Of a stretch of 64,000 bases of DNA, positions 1 to 9,304 are shown one piece after another. The translations under genes and the position numbers were made by a program. This stretch comes from an uncultured Mycoplasma sp. GTDB taxonomy: Bacteria; Bacillota_I; Bacilli_A; RF39; UBA660. The number at the start of each line of letters is the position of its first letter. Position 1 is the first letter of the stretch. The DNA lies in NCBI GenBank assembly GCA_946554525.1, contig CAMNSE010000002.1:14001-78000 (forward strand), read 5' to 3'. A model generated the notes under the pieces. It was not told the origin of the DNA. It did no database searches and saw only the letters and a list, made by a program, of their open reading frames with translations.

Positions 1-1
1 T

Positions 2-439
2 GTGGCAACAGGCGAAATAATAGGACATCATACCGGTCTTATGAATTATACTATTGGCCAAAGAAGAAATGTTGGCTTAAGTGGAGATGAAAAAAGACAT
101 TATGTTTGTGGAAAAAATACCCAAAAAAATATTTTATATGTTGCATTCGGAGATGATAATGAATACCTATTTAGTGATTCCTGCACGCTAGATAATACTA
201 ATTTAATTGAAAAAGACTTGCCTCAAAAATTAACTGCTAAATTTCGATATAGAGGAGAAGATATTCCAATTATTATTGAAAGCGTTACAGCTACCGAAAT
301 AAAAATTAAATATCCTAGTTTAGCTAAATCAGTAACCCCAGGACAAGCATGTGTTTTTTATAATGGAGATATTTGTTTAGGATGTGGATTTATTAAAGAC
401 GTTTACAAAAACGGAGAAAAACTATGGTATCTAACCTAG
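2..439 (+). CDS. mnmA: tRNA 2-thiouridine(34) synthase MnmA, C-terminal part (5' end lies outside the window)
   Basis: The ORF runs off the left edge. The segment GHHTGLMNYTIGQRRNVGL and the C-terminal region are typical of MnmA. Confidence 0.85.
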   Translation: MATGEIIGHHTGLMNYTIGQRRNVGLSGDEKRHYVCGKNTQKNILYVAFGDDNEYLFSDSCTLDNTNLIEKDLPQKLTAKFRYRGEDIPIIIESVTATEIKIKYPSLAKSVTPGQACVFYNGDICLGCGFIKDVYKNGEKLWYLT

Positions 440-509
440 AGCAAGGAAGCTAAAACGCTTTCTTTTATTATGTTAAAATACTTGTTTTAAAAAATCACTT
501 AACAAATAC

Positions 510-539
510 TTGACAAAAAAGTGTTAAGTACATTATAAT
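510..539 (+). promoter_or_regulatory. sigma-A type promoter of the HTH gene (TTGACA-18 nt-TATAAT)
   Basis: TTGACA at 510-515 and TATAAT at 534-539. The SD GAAGGAG precedes the ATG at 569. An 8-bp inverted repeat ACTTAACA (497-504) / TGTTAAGT (522-529) brackets the -35 box. Confidence 0.6.
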
Positions 540-568
540 TAATTTAGAAAATATGAAGGAGAAAAATT

Positions 569-1345
569 ATGAATAGTTTAAATGAATTATTACAAGAATT
601 AGGAATATCAAAGGTAAGACTAGCAAAATACTTAAATGTATCAAGGCAAATGGTTTACAACTATTTAGAGTTAGATGATATTAGCAAATGGCCAAAAGAA
701 AAAAAGATATTATTATTAAAATTATTAGATATTGAAGATGGAACAGAAGGAAGTATTAGTAAGATTAAAATAACAACTGATTATTTAATGGCCGTAGAAA
801 ACAGATTAAATCAGGGAGTTAAAAATTCTAGCGATATGGATAGCTTCTTCGATTTAAAGGGACTTGATAAGGATGAGCAAACTTTACTTGCCGATATTAG
901 TTATTTACTAAAAGAAAAATTATTAGATGATGTAAATCATGAACAAAATAAAACTGCTATAATATATTTAAATCATTTTTTACAATCAATGGATAATGTC
1001 CCAGAAATCAAATATATACTAGGTTATATGTCTAAAACTACCGGATTTATTAGTCCTGATGAATTTAAATTTGACGAAGATAGACAATTTATATTTGAAA
1101 GCATTTTATATTCAGCACTAACACTTTATAATAATGGTGGTGCAAGCCGAAGTAAATTAACTGAAAGCCACAAAAAATTTGTTCAAGAAATTGAACAAAA
1201 AAATGAAGAAAAATTAAGTAGAACTCAGCAATTAAATACAATTAAAATTCAAGCTTTAAGAGAACTTGGATATAATGAATTAAATGAATATAATGCCTCA
1301 GAAGTGCTAGAAAAAATAGCAGAAATAGAATCTAGGAAAGTTTAA
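569..1345 (+). CDS. helix-turn-helix (XRE-like) DNA-binding protein, regulon unknown
   Basis: N-terminal LGISKVRLAKYLNVSRQMVYNYL helix-turn-helix pattern. Good SD and promoter. Its stop overlaps the next ATG (TAATG). Confidence 0.6.
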   Translation: MNSLNELLQELGISKVRLAKYLNVSRQMVYNYLELDDISKWPKEKKILLLKLLDIEDGTEGSISKIKITTDYLMAVENRLNQGVKNSSDMDSFFDLKGLDKDEQTLLADISYLLKEKLLDDVNHEQNKTAIIYLNHFLQSMDNVPEIKYILGYMSKTTGFISPDEFKFDEDRQFIFESILYSALTLYNNGGASRSKLTESHKKFVQEIEQKNEEKLSRTQQLNTIKIQALRELGYNELNEYNASEVLEKIAEIESRKV

Positions 1346-2118
1346 TGAATAAAAATAGTAAATTCCTTCTTTTATTATCTATATGTATTATCAGCGTTAT
1401 AGGAATATTTTTTGTAATAAAAGGCAAAGAATTAGATATAGAAAGTGGAGAAGTGAAAAAATTATACCATTATTTAGGTGAAGAAAACGAATCTCAATGT
1501 AATGGATTAAGTGTATATAAAGATAAAATAGTTACTAAAGATGACATTTCACTAGAAAATAAGTTATGCTTAGCATATTTAGAAGCAGAAAATAAAGAAA
1601 TAGGAGAGTTACCTATAACAGGATCTAATAAAAATGAAGCAAAAATATGTAAAAAAGGGGAGATAACCCTTACTAGTGATGATAGCACATGTCATTATAC
1701 AAAAGTATCAAAAGAAGAATTAAATGATAACTATAAAGATATATATGGTGAAGATATTAGTGAATTTAAGGCTTTTTATATTGATAGTAAAACCGCATGC
1801 CATTTAGAAGGGGACTACTATCTATGTGGAGGCGCTGAAACATATAGTTTTTCTATATCAGCACCTACAGATGTTTACCGAGTTCTAGCAAAAGCTATAA
1901 AAAAGGGGAAAGAAATTATTTTAACAGACTACTATCTAAAAATATCTAATGGTAAATGTTATACTACAGAAAATTCAGAAAATTCTGATTGTACAAAAGC
2001 ATTAGAGAATAATAAAATCGATGTTGCTTTTTTAAAAAAGTACGGAGCCAAGTATGAACATGTATTTAAGAGTGAGAAAAACACTCCCTATTATTGGGTA
2101 AAAAGCTACAGAAAGTGA
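1345..2118 (+). CDS. membrane-anchored Cys-rich protein of unknown function
   Basis: N-terminal hydrophobic helix FLLLLSICIISVIGIFFVI, then about 230 aa containing eight cysteines. Translationally coupled to the HTH gene. Confidence 0.5.
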   Translation: MNKNSKFLLLLSICIISVIGIFFVIKGKELDIESGEVKKLYHYLGEENESQCNGLSVYKDKIVTKDDISLENKLCLAYLEAENKEIGELPITGSNKNEAKICKKGEITLTSDDSTCHYTKVSKEELNDNYKDIYGEDISEFKAFYIDSKTACHLEGDYYLCGGAETYSFSISAPTDVYRVLAKAIKKGKEIILTDYYLKISNGKCYTTENSENSDCTKALENNKIDVAFLKKYGAKYEHVFKSEKNTPYYWVKSYRK

Positions 2119-2191
2119 AAGTACATTCTTTTACTTTTTTATTGCATATATATAACCTTATTAATATATTAAATAATGATATATGCACGCG

Positions 2192-2226
2192 TTATAACCT
2201 TATTTAAATTTATAATAAGGTTATAA
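2192..2226. repeat. 13-bp perfect inverted repeat TTATAACCTTATT / AATAAGGTTATAA with a 9-nt spacer
   Basis: Read directly. A further direct copy, TATAACCTTATT, lies at 2151-2162 and a degenerate inverted copy at 2245-2257, all inside a 338-bp convergent intergenic region. Confidence 0.7.
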
Positions 2227-2456
2227 ATGCCTATGTGTAATTTTAATAAAGGTTAAATGTTTTTTATAATTTAATTTTCTGATTTTACTTACGGGTTTGC
2301 TTATATTAATCTGCGTTAAATATGATTAAACATAGTAAATATAACTACAATCTTAAAATGTAGTATTTTTATGAAAAATTTAGTTTCGTAAAATATATAT
2401 TATGTTAACTTAAACCTCAGAAATATAACTTTAACTCATTTGTTTAAAGATTTATG

Positions 2457-3239
2457 TTATTTCTTTTTCATTATATTTTTTTTAATTTTATTTAGATTAT
2501 ACTTTATTAAAGTTAATACTATAATACCAATTATTGCTAGACCACTATATACATTTTTTATTTTACTGCCATTAGTTACGCAAAATATCATTTGCTCAAC
2601 CAATGCTAAGAAATAGATAAGGCAAAAACACAATATAACTATAAATTGAATATCTTCTGTGCTAATTGTCTCTTTATGATTATCGTTAATATATGTCCTA
2701 TTAATTTCAGATAAAAAGTAGAAGACATATGTTCCAACTAAACCAATAAATAGTTCCTTATTCTGTGAACTTGTAATAAATAGTATAACTCCCATTAGAG
2801 TATGAATTAATTGATTCTGACCAATAAATGTTTCTATTGAATTAACAAAAACAATAATATTATTTCTAACTGCTAAGGAATTAGAAGAATAATATATAGA
2901 TATTAAAACTATCCAAAGCGAAGTTGCAAAATAAATAGTCCTACTTGCAACAGCGTATAAGTAATCACTATTGATATTTATGTTTGGCAAATATAAAGTT
3001 GAAGCCGTATAAACAAAAGATATTAAAATCATTAATGTTGCACAAAAATTAAGAATTTTAGTTAATCCCAAGCTATCAATTTTTTTATTAAAAAGTCTAT
3101 CAATCAAAAATAGTGATAAAGGAAATATAACACTCACTAATAATAAAAATACAGTTATAATAAAATTATTTTTAAAAGAAGTTAATATAAAAAACAAATA
3201 TATTATAGCGGCAATAGCATTCTTCACTATAAACCCCAC
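2457..3239 (-). CDS. polytopic membrane protein, unknown function
   Basis: 260-aa ORF made almost entirely of hydrophobic segments. I recognised no family motif. Confidence 0.45.
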   Translation of the reverse strand: MGFIVKNAIAAIIYLFFILTSFKNNFIITVFLLLVSVIFPLSLFLIDRLFNKKIDSLGLTKILNFCATLMILISFVYTASTLYLPNININSDYLYAVASRTIYFATSLWIVLISIYYSSNSLAVRNNIIVFVNSIETFIGQNQLIHTLMGVILFITSSQNKELFIGLVGTYVFYFLSEINRTYINDNHKETISTEDIQFIVILCFCLIYFLALVEQMIFCVTNGSKIKNVYSGLAIIGIIVLTLIKYNLNKIKKNIMKKK

Positions 3240-3291
3240 CCTTTCAAGTGAGGTTTATTATAATATAATTCATTATTAAATACAATAAAAA

Positions 3292-4047
3292 TTAAAACAT
3301 TAAATAATTAAATAAAACTAAAAGAGAACCTATAATAATACCTAAATTTAAATATTTTTTTAATCTATATTCTTTTGCTTTAGGAAGTATTACTTCTATA
3401 GCTAGAGTAATCATAATTCCTCCTACTAAAATTAAAATAATACTAATTAATGAATCAGTAATATATTTGCTTAAAAATATATAAGCTAATATGGCTCCTA
3501 TAGGTTCTGCAATGCCTGATAATAGAGTTTTAAATATTGCTTCTTTTTTAGAACCTGTAGCATAATAAATAGGAACAGCAATACTAATACCTTCAGGAAT
3601 ATTATGAAATGCGATAGCCACCGCTAGTTTAATACCTAAATTGATGTCTTTATAAGAACTCATGAAAGTGGCAATCCCCTCAGGGAAATTATGAAGTATT
3701 AAAGCTAACATATTAAGTATACCTAATTTATACAAATCATTACTTTTCATTTCAGTTTTCTTAATTAGTTTATTTAAATACTTAATTAGAACAATACCAA
3801 TTAAAAAAGCTATAATAGAATAAACTATCCCCTCTCCTATTCCATTATGAGATAGTAATATATAAGTTGATTCTGGAATTAAATCTGTTATACTAATACC
3901 AATCATAATCGCAAGTGAAAAAGCTAAAGATGCAGTAATAAATTTATTAATATTATCGCTTTCAAATTTAAAAAATATAACTAAACCGCCTAAAACAGTA
4001 GATAAACCTGCAATGGTAGATACTAGCAAAGCACCAATTATTTCCAT
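3292..4047 (-). CDS. zupT: ZIP-family zinc transporter ZupT
   Basis: HNFPEGIATF and FHNIPEGISIAVP motifs, about 8 TM segments, length about 250 aa. Confidence 0.85.
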   Translation of the reverse strand: MEIIGALLVSTIAGLSTVLGGLVIFFKFESDNINKFITASLAFSLAIMIGISITDLIPESTYILLSHNGIGEGIVYSIIAFLIGIVLIKYLNKLIKKTEMKSNDLYKLGILNMLALILHNFPEGIATFMSSYKDINLGIKLAVAIAFHNIPEGISIAVPIYYATGSKKEAIFKTLLSGIAEPIGAILAYIFLSKYITDSLISIILILVGGIMITLAIEVILPKAKEYRLKKYLNLGIIIGSLLVLFNYLMF

Positions 4048-4118
4048 AAAATCACCATTAAATTATATGAATGAGTCATATATTTTAATCCATAATAATA
4101 GTGGGAGGTAAAAGAAAA

Positions 4119-4241
4119 ATGAAAAATCAAAATAATAAAAAGAATTCTAGAAATAATCAAAATAATAGAAGTTCTAGAAATTCAAGAAATAATAATAACG
4201 AAAGTTCTAGAAATACTAGATCAAATAGAGAAACTCGTTAA
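4119..4241 (+). CDS. 40-aa basic Asn/Arg/Ser-rich microprotein (below the ORF-track size cutoff)
   Basis: SD GGGAGG lies 8 nt before the ATG. The translation is MKNQNNKKNSRNNQNNRSSRNSRNNNNESSRNTRSNRETR. TCTAGAAAT (SRN) occurs three times. A strong hairpin terminator follows 20 nt after the stop. Confidence 0.4.
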   Translation: MKNQNNKKNSRNNQNNRSSRNSRNNNNESSRNTRSNRETR

Positions 4242-4260
4242 TCAATCTATTAAAAATATT

Positions 4261-4288
4261 AAAAACCACGATTTTATGTGGTTTTTTT
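4261..4288. terminator. bidirectional intrinsic terminator
   Basis: AAAAACCAC-gattttat-GTGGTTTTT with an A-run and a T-run on the flanks. It lies between the convergent microprotein ORF and the acyltransferase gene. Confidence 0.75.
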
Positions 4289-4294
4289 AGTTTT

Positions 4295-5308
4295 TTAACA
4301 TCCTATAGTCTTCTTTATGATTGGAAGCTTAGACATAATATAGCTTAATATGTAAGATATTATAAATACAGTTATTGAAACAATAATATTACCAACTAAT
4401 GGGTTTATCATGATAGGATTTAATCCCTTATAAACAATAGTTTTTTCTATAATAAAATGAATTAAGTAAACCCCAAAAGTTAATTTACCCATTAAAGTAA
4501 TTAAATTATTTTCTTTATCTTTAAATTTATCTTTGCATATTTGAAAAATTGAAATAATAAATAATACACTAGATATATTAGCAAGTCCGGCATATGAAAA
4601 TGGAGTGCTTATTGCTTTGGCTTTATAGTATGATAAAATACTAAAAGTTATTAATCCTACTATTGATATAATAAGTATAAAATATGGCTTTTTAATATCA
4701 TATTTTTTTAAATAATTACCCAATAAATAATAGAAAACATAAATGCTTACTGTAAATACTTTATAAGGCAAAATATATTTCATTATATTAATACCAGAAC
4801 AATTTTCGATAGTAGGAATAAGTGACGTAAAAGTAAAACCCAAGACTAAAAGATAAGTAAATTCGCTTTTATCCAAATTTTTAACTAATTTTTTTAATAT
4901 TGGTGTAAATATATATAATCCTAACAATAAATATAAATACCATAGATGAGCCCAAGATTTTCCTATAAAAAAGCGTTTAATAGAATCTAAAATTCTCTCT
5001 CCACTAAATTCCCGGCACTGCCAAAAATAATAAATAAAATGCCATAATATAAGTATTAATAAAATTTTAGGAATATATTTTGTAAACATTGTTTTTATAG
5101 TAAACTTCTCATTATCTAATTGAACAGACCCCGATATTACAATAAATAAGGCAGCACCCCATTGTACTAATGAATTTACTAAATTATTTAGTGCCCAATT
5201 TAAATTAATATTCGGGTTATACCAGTTTTCTGAGCTTACATGAATCATAATTACCCCCAAAATGGCAATTATGCGTAGTAAATCAATATAACAAATTCTT
5301 TTTTTCAA
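4295..5308 (-). CDS. acyltransferase family 3 integral membrane protein
   Basis: N-terminus RICYIDLLRIIAILGVIMIHV and about 10 TM segments, typical of the OatA/acyltransferase_3 family. Confidence 0.75.
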   Translation of the reverse strand: MKKRICYIDLLRIIAILGVIMIHVSSENWYNPNINLNWALNNLVNSLVQWGAALFIVISGSVQLDNEKFTIKTMFTKYIPKILLILILWHFIYYFWQCREFSGERILDSIKRFFIGKSWAHLWYLYLLLGLYIFTPILKKLVKNLDKSEFTYLLVLGFTFTSLIPTIENCSGINIMKYILPYKVFTVSIYVFYYLLGNYLKKYDIKKPYFILIISIVGLITFSILSYYKAKAISTPFSYAGLANISSVLFIISIFQICKDKFKDKENNLITLMGKLTFGVYLIHFIIEKTIVYKGLNPIMINPLVGNIIVSITVFIISYILSYIMSKLPIIKKTIGC

Positions 5309-5324
5309 TTTATATCATCTCTTT

Positions 5325-6236
5325 CTATTTATTTATATTAGGATGTTTTTCATATTCATTTTCTAACTTTTTATTAGTTAGATGCGTATATATTTGCGTA
5401 GTAGTAATATTACTGTGGCCAAGCATTTCTTGAACAATACGCAAATCAGCCCCATTATTAAGTAAATGAGTTGCAAAAGAATGCCTTAGAGTATGTGGAC
5501 TAATATTTTTCTTAATGCCTTTTTCCTCACATAAAGATTTTAGCATTTTAAAAAAAGCTTGTCTTGTAATACGAGTATGCCTACTACTAATAAACACATA
5601 TTCACTATCTTTAGTCCCTAAGAGTTCTCCTCTTCCAAACCTAATGTATTGGTTAAGTGCATCAATCGCAATATCATTAATTGGAACTAGTCTTTCTTTG
5701 CTACCCTTACCAAATACTTTTACCATATTATCTTCAAAATATAAATTACTCATTTTAAGTTCAACTAATTCGCTTACGCGCATACCAGTAGCATATAACA
5801 CTTCGAGCATTGCTTTATTTCGAAGCTCATAAGCATTACTAGCAGAAATATCAAGCAAATTTTCTACTTCACTAACGCTTAAATATTCTGGTAATTTTTT
5901 TTCTATTTTAGGCATTTTAATGCTTTTACTAGGGTTTATATTTATTATCTTTTTATTTACTAAGTAATTATAAAAATTATTAATAACCGTTAAATAGTGA
6001 GCTTTTGTCTTTGATGCTTTTTCTTTTCTAACCCTTAAATATTCTTGAATATCTTCTTTTTTTAAATATTTAACATTTATATTTTTAAAATAATCAGCAA
6101 ACCCAAGCAAATCATAAGCATAAGAATCTCTAGTATTTTTTGAAGTATTATATTCTGTATATAAAAAGTTTTCAATATAATCTTTTAGTTCTGGATTATT
6201 TTTTAAGATATCTTCCCTATCGCTCATTATTATCAC
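5325..6236 (-). CDS. tyrosine site-specific recombinase, XerC/XerD family
   Basis: C-terminal HTLRHSFATHLLNNGADLRIVQEMLGHSNITTTQIYTH catalytic region, about 300 aa, in a housekeeping context. Confidence 0.8.
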   Translation of the reverse strand: MIIMSDREDILKNNPELKDYIENFLYTEYNTSKNTRDSYAYDLLGFADYFKNINVKYLKKEDIQEYLRVRKEKASKTKAHYLTVINNFYNYLVNKKIININPSKSIKMPKIEKKLPEYLSVSEVENLLDISASNAYELRNKAMLEVLYATGMRVSELVELKMSNLYFEDNMVKVFGKGSKERLVPINDIAIDALNQYIRFGRGELLGTKDSEYVFISSRHTRITRQAFFKMLKSLCEEKGIKKNISPHTLRHSFATHLLNNGADLRIVQEMLGHSNITTTQIYTHLTNKKLENEYEKHPNINK

Positions 6237-6308
6237 CTTAATCTAATTATAACAGAAAATCTCTTTTTTTACACGAATTATTTTGTTATAATATATCTAG
6301 GTGATTAT

Positions 6309-7508
6309 ATGGAATTACTTGCTAATAAATTAAGGCCTAAATGCTTAAAAGATGTAATTGGTCAAACACATTTAATTGGAGATGGTAAAGTATTAACAAA
6401 CCTAGTAAAAAATGGAAAAATTTTTTCCATGATTTTATATGGGCGTCCAGGAATTGGAAAGACCAGTATTGCCAGCGCGCTTGTTAATGAGCTAAATATT
6501 AGATCAAAGTTTTTAAATGCAACTACAAATAATAAAGCCGATTTTGATATAGCAATTGAGGAAGCTAAGATGTATGGTGAAATGATTTTAGTAATTGATG
6601 AAATTCACAGAATGAATAAAGATAAACAAGATATATTATTACCTCATATAGAGTCTGGTTTAATTATTTTAATTGGTCTTACAACATCTAATCCATATCA
6701 TAAAATTAATCCCGCTATTAGAAGCAGATGTCAGATATATGAATTAAAAGAATTAAATGTAAATGATATAATAGTTGGTTTAAAAAAAACTTTAAAAGAA
6801 CTACCTGATATTAAAATTGATAAAAAGTCATTAGAGTTTATTGCTAATATATCAGCAGGTGATTTTAGAAATGCACTAAATACCCTTGAAGTAGCATATT
6901 ATTCCAGTGAAAATCATAGTATTACAATAGACGAAATTAAGAAAATTAATAATAAACCTGTTTTCTTTCATGATAAAAATGAAGATGGGCATTATGAAGT
7001 ATTAAGTGCTTTTCAAAAATCAATTAGAGGAAGCGATGTTGATGCTGCCCTACACTATTTAGCAAGACTTTTAATAGCTGGTGATTTAGATAGTATTTAT
7101 AGAAGAATGAGCGTTATTGCTTATGAAGATATAGGCTTAGCTAATCCTGCTATGGGGCCAAAAGTAATGGCTGCAATTCATGCATCAGAATTAGTTGGGT
7201 TACCAGAGGCGAGAATTCCTTTAGCTCAAGTTGTAACAGAACTTGCATTATCGCCCAAAAGCAATAGTACAGTAATGGCGATAGATGAAGCGATGAGTGA
7301 TATCAATAAAGGTTTATCCGCATCTATTCCAAAGCATATTGTAAACGGTAATCCTAATTATTTATATCCTCATAACTACAAAAATAGTTATGTTAAACAG
7401 CAATATTTGCCAGATAAATTAAAAGACAAAAAATATTATCATAAAAAAGAAAATAAATATGAATCAAACTTAAATAAATTATATGAAGAAATGAGGAATG
7501 AAAGTTGA
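6309..7508 (+). CDS. rarA: replication-associated recombination protein A (AAA+ ATPase RarA/MgsA)
   Basis: Walker A GRPGIGKTS, Walker B VIDEIHR, and the C-terminal MgsA region HYEVLSAFQKSIRGSD. Confidence 0.9.
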   Translation: MELLANKLRPKCLKDVIGQTHLIGDGKVLTNLVKNGKIFSMILYGRPGIGKTSIASALVNELNIRSKFLNATTNNKADFDIAIEEAKMYGEMILVIDEIHRMNKDKQDILLPHIESGLIILIGLTTSNPYHKINPAIRSRCQIYELKELNVNDIIVGLKKTLKELPDIKIDKKSLEFIANISAGDFRNALNTLEVAYYSSENHSITIDEIKKINNKPVFFHDKNEDGHYEVLSAFQKSIRGSDVDAALHYLARLLIAGDLDSIYRRMSVIAYEDIGLANPAMGPKVMAAIHASELVGLPEARIPLAQVVTELALSPKSNSTVMAIDEAMSDINKGLSASIPKHIVNGNPNYLYPHNYKNSYVKQQYLPDKLKDKKYYHKKENKYESNLNKLYEEMRNES

Positions 7509-8473
7509 ATATTAGTATAATTGGTACAGGAGCTTATGGTATTGCTCTAGCTTTACTTGCAAGTGAAAATAATCATAATGTCATTATGTGGAGTGAAAAT
7601 GAAAAATTAATTGCTAATTATAATAAAAAACACAATTTAAAGCCGATTACAGACGTTTTTATACCTAAGTCAATTAAACTAACAGGAAATATTAAAAATG
7701 CCTTAGAAAGTGCTGATTTAATTATTTTAGCTACATCTGCTAAATATATCCATAGTGTATGTGATAATATGAAAAATCATATTAATAAATTAACTCCTAT
7801 TTGTATTGCAACTAAAGGGATAGAAGCAAATGCATTTTTATCAGATATCGTATCAAAAAGTTTAAAAGCAAAACATATTGCAGTTATATCTGGGCCATCA
7901 TTTGCTGTAGATATTATAAGTAAAGAACCAGTGGCATTAACTATATCATCTACTTCTAAAAAAGCTACCAAAATGGTAATGGAAGCATTATCAAGTAACC
8001 GTTTAAAATTAAGACCTAATAATGACATATATGGAACTCAAATATGTGGATGTATAAAAAATACTATTGCAATAGCTTCAGGTATCCTTGAAGGATTAGG
8101 TTATTCTGAATCAACAAGAGCTTTCTTAATCACTGAATCAATACATGATATAAAAGAATTGCTTTTAAAGCTAGAATGTGATCCTAAAACTATTCTTTCT
8201 TTTGCAGGTATTGGTGATTTAATTCTTACCTGCTCAAGTGTTAAAAGCAGAAACTACCGTTTTGGAGTTTTATTAGGGAAAAAATCAAGTAGAAATGAAA
8301 TAGATACATTCTTAAAAGAAAATACCGTTGAAGGATATGATACTCTTGTATCTATTAAAGAGCTCATTAAAAACAGGAAAATAAGAATACCAATTATTAA
8401 TATAATATATGATATTGTAATCAATAATAAAAACCCAGAAATATTATCTGAGTTTCTCATAAACAAGGACTAG
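7505..8473 (+). CDS. gpsA: NAD(P)H-dependent glycerol-3-phosphate dehydrogenase
   Basis: N-terminal Rossmann motif IIGTGAYGIALA and GpsA-like length and C-terminal domain. The TTG start overlaps the rarA TGA, with AGGA upstream. Confidence 0.8.
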   Translation: MNISIIGTGAYGIALALLASENNHNVIMWSENEKLIANYNKKHNLKPITDVFIPKSIKLTGNIKNALESADLIILATSAKYIHSVCDNMKNHINKLTPICIATKGIEANAFLSDIVSKSLKAKHIAVISGPSFAVDIISKEPVALTISSTSKKATKMVMEALSSNRLKLRPNNDIYGTQICGCIKNTIAIASGILEGLGYSESTRAFLITESIHDIKELLLKLECDPKTILSFAGIGDLILTCSSVKSRNYRFGVLLGKKSSRNEIDTFLKENTVEGYDTLVSIKELIKNRKIRIPIINIIYDIVINNKNPEILSEFLINKD

Positions 8474-8593
8474 CAAAGCTACATTGTAACTATAAGCTGG
8501 AGTCACTATTCAAAATTCATAACCTTCCAGAGTTAATATTTTTGCTTTAATTATTAAAAGAAAATATAGAAAGATATGAAAAAGACCCGAGGA

Positions 8594-9274
8594 TTAACTT
8601 TGGGTCTTTATAATATCCATAAAAACATAATTTGCAAGAAGTATACCAGCACTTGCTGGAACAAATATTACTGAGCCTACTATATTTTCTGTTTTTATAG
8701 CCTCTTCACTACTAAATACCACAGGTATTTTTAAATCAATATCTTCTTTTTTTAATAAGTATCTAAGCTTTTTTGCAAGAGGGTCATTATAAGTTTTATT
8801 AAGAGTAGTTATTTCTAATTTGGTTGGATCTAGTTTTTTTCCTGTTCCAAGACAAGTTATAATTTTGATATTATGTTCTTTTGCATATTTAATTAATTCT
8901 ATCTTAATTGGAATATCATCACAAGCATCTAATATATAATCATAATAATCATTAATAATACTTGAAAAATTTTCTTTAGTTAAAAATTCTTCTATAGCAT
9001 TTATTTTAGCATTTGGATTTATAGAAATTGCTCTTAATTTTGCTTCTTGTGCCTTAGAATGCTTCAAATTGTCCATTTTAGATATAATTTGACGATTTAA
9101 GTTACTAATATTAATTACATCGCCATCAACTATAGAAATATCTTCAAACCCACTTCTAATAAGTGATTCTAGAGCATATCCCCCAACTCCTCCAACACCT
9201 ACTAATAGAATTTTTGCATTTTTTATTTTATTTAAATCGTGTTCACTAATAATCGTTAAAAGTCTCTCAAACAT
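8594..9274 (-). CDS. tcdA: tRNA threonylcarbamoyladenosine dehydratase (ThiF/MoeB-family, YrvM/TcdA-like)
   Basis: LLVGVGGVGGYALESLIRSGFEDISIVDGDVINISNLNRQI nucleotide-binding region, about 226 aa. Confidence 0.7.
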   Translation of the reverse strand: MFERLLTIISEHDLNKIKNAKILLVGVGGVGGYALESLIRSGFEDISIVDGDVINISNLNRQIISKMDNLKHSKAQEAKLRAISINPNAKINAIEEFLTKENFSSIINDYYDYILDACDDIPIKIELIKYAKEHNIKIITCLGTGKKLDPTKLEITTLNKTYNDPLAKKLRYLLKKEDIDLKIPVVFSSEEAIKTENIVGSVIFVPASAGILLANYVFMDIIKTQS

Positions 9275-9304
9275 AATATCACCACTTGGAATTATTATAG
9301 CAAA

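Noticed and set aside
5325-6236. Tyrosine recombinase as a marker of a phage or integrative element
   Set aside because: It has Xer-like length and motifs. Housekeeping genes flank it on both sides, and there are no attachment repeats, excisionase, or phage or conjugation genes nearby.
7505-7508. Mollicutes-type genetic code (TGA = Trp), given the very low G+C
   Set aside because: Long ORFs are intact under the standard code. TGA ends rarA exactly where the protein family ends. Trp positions in conserved motifs are encoded by TGG.
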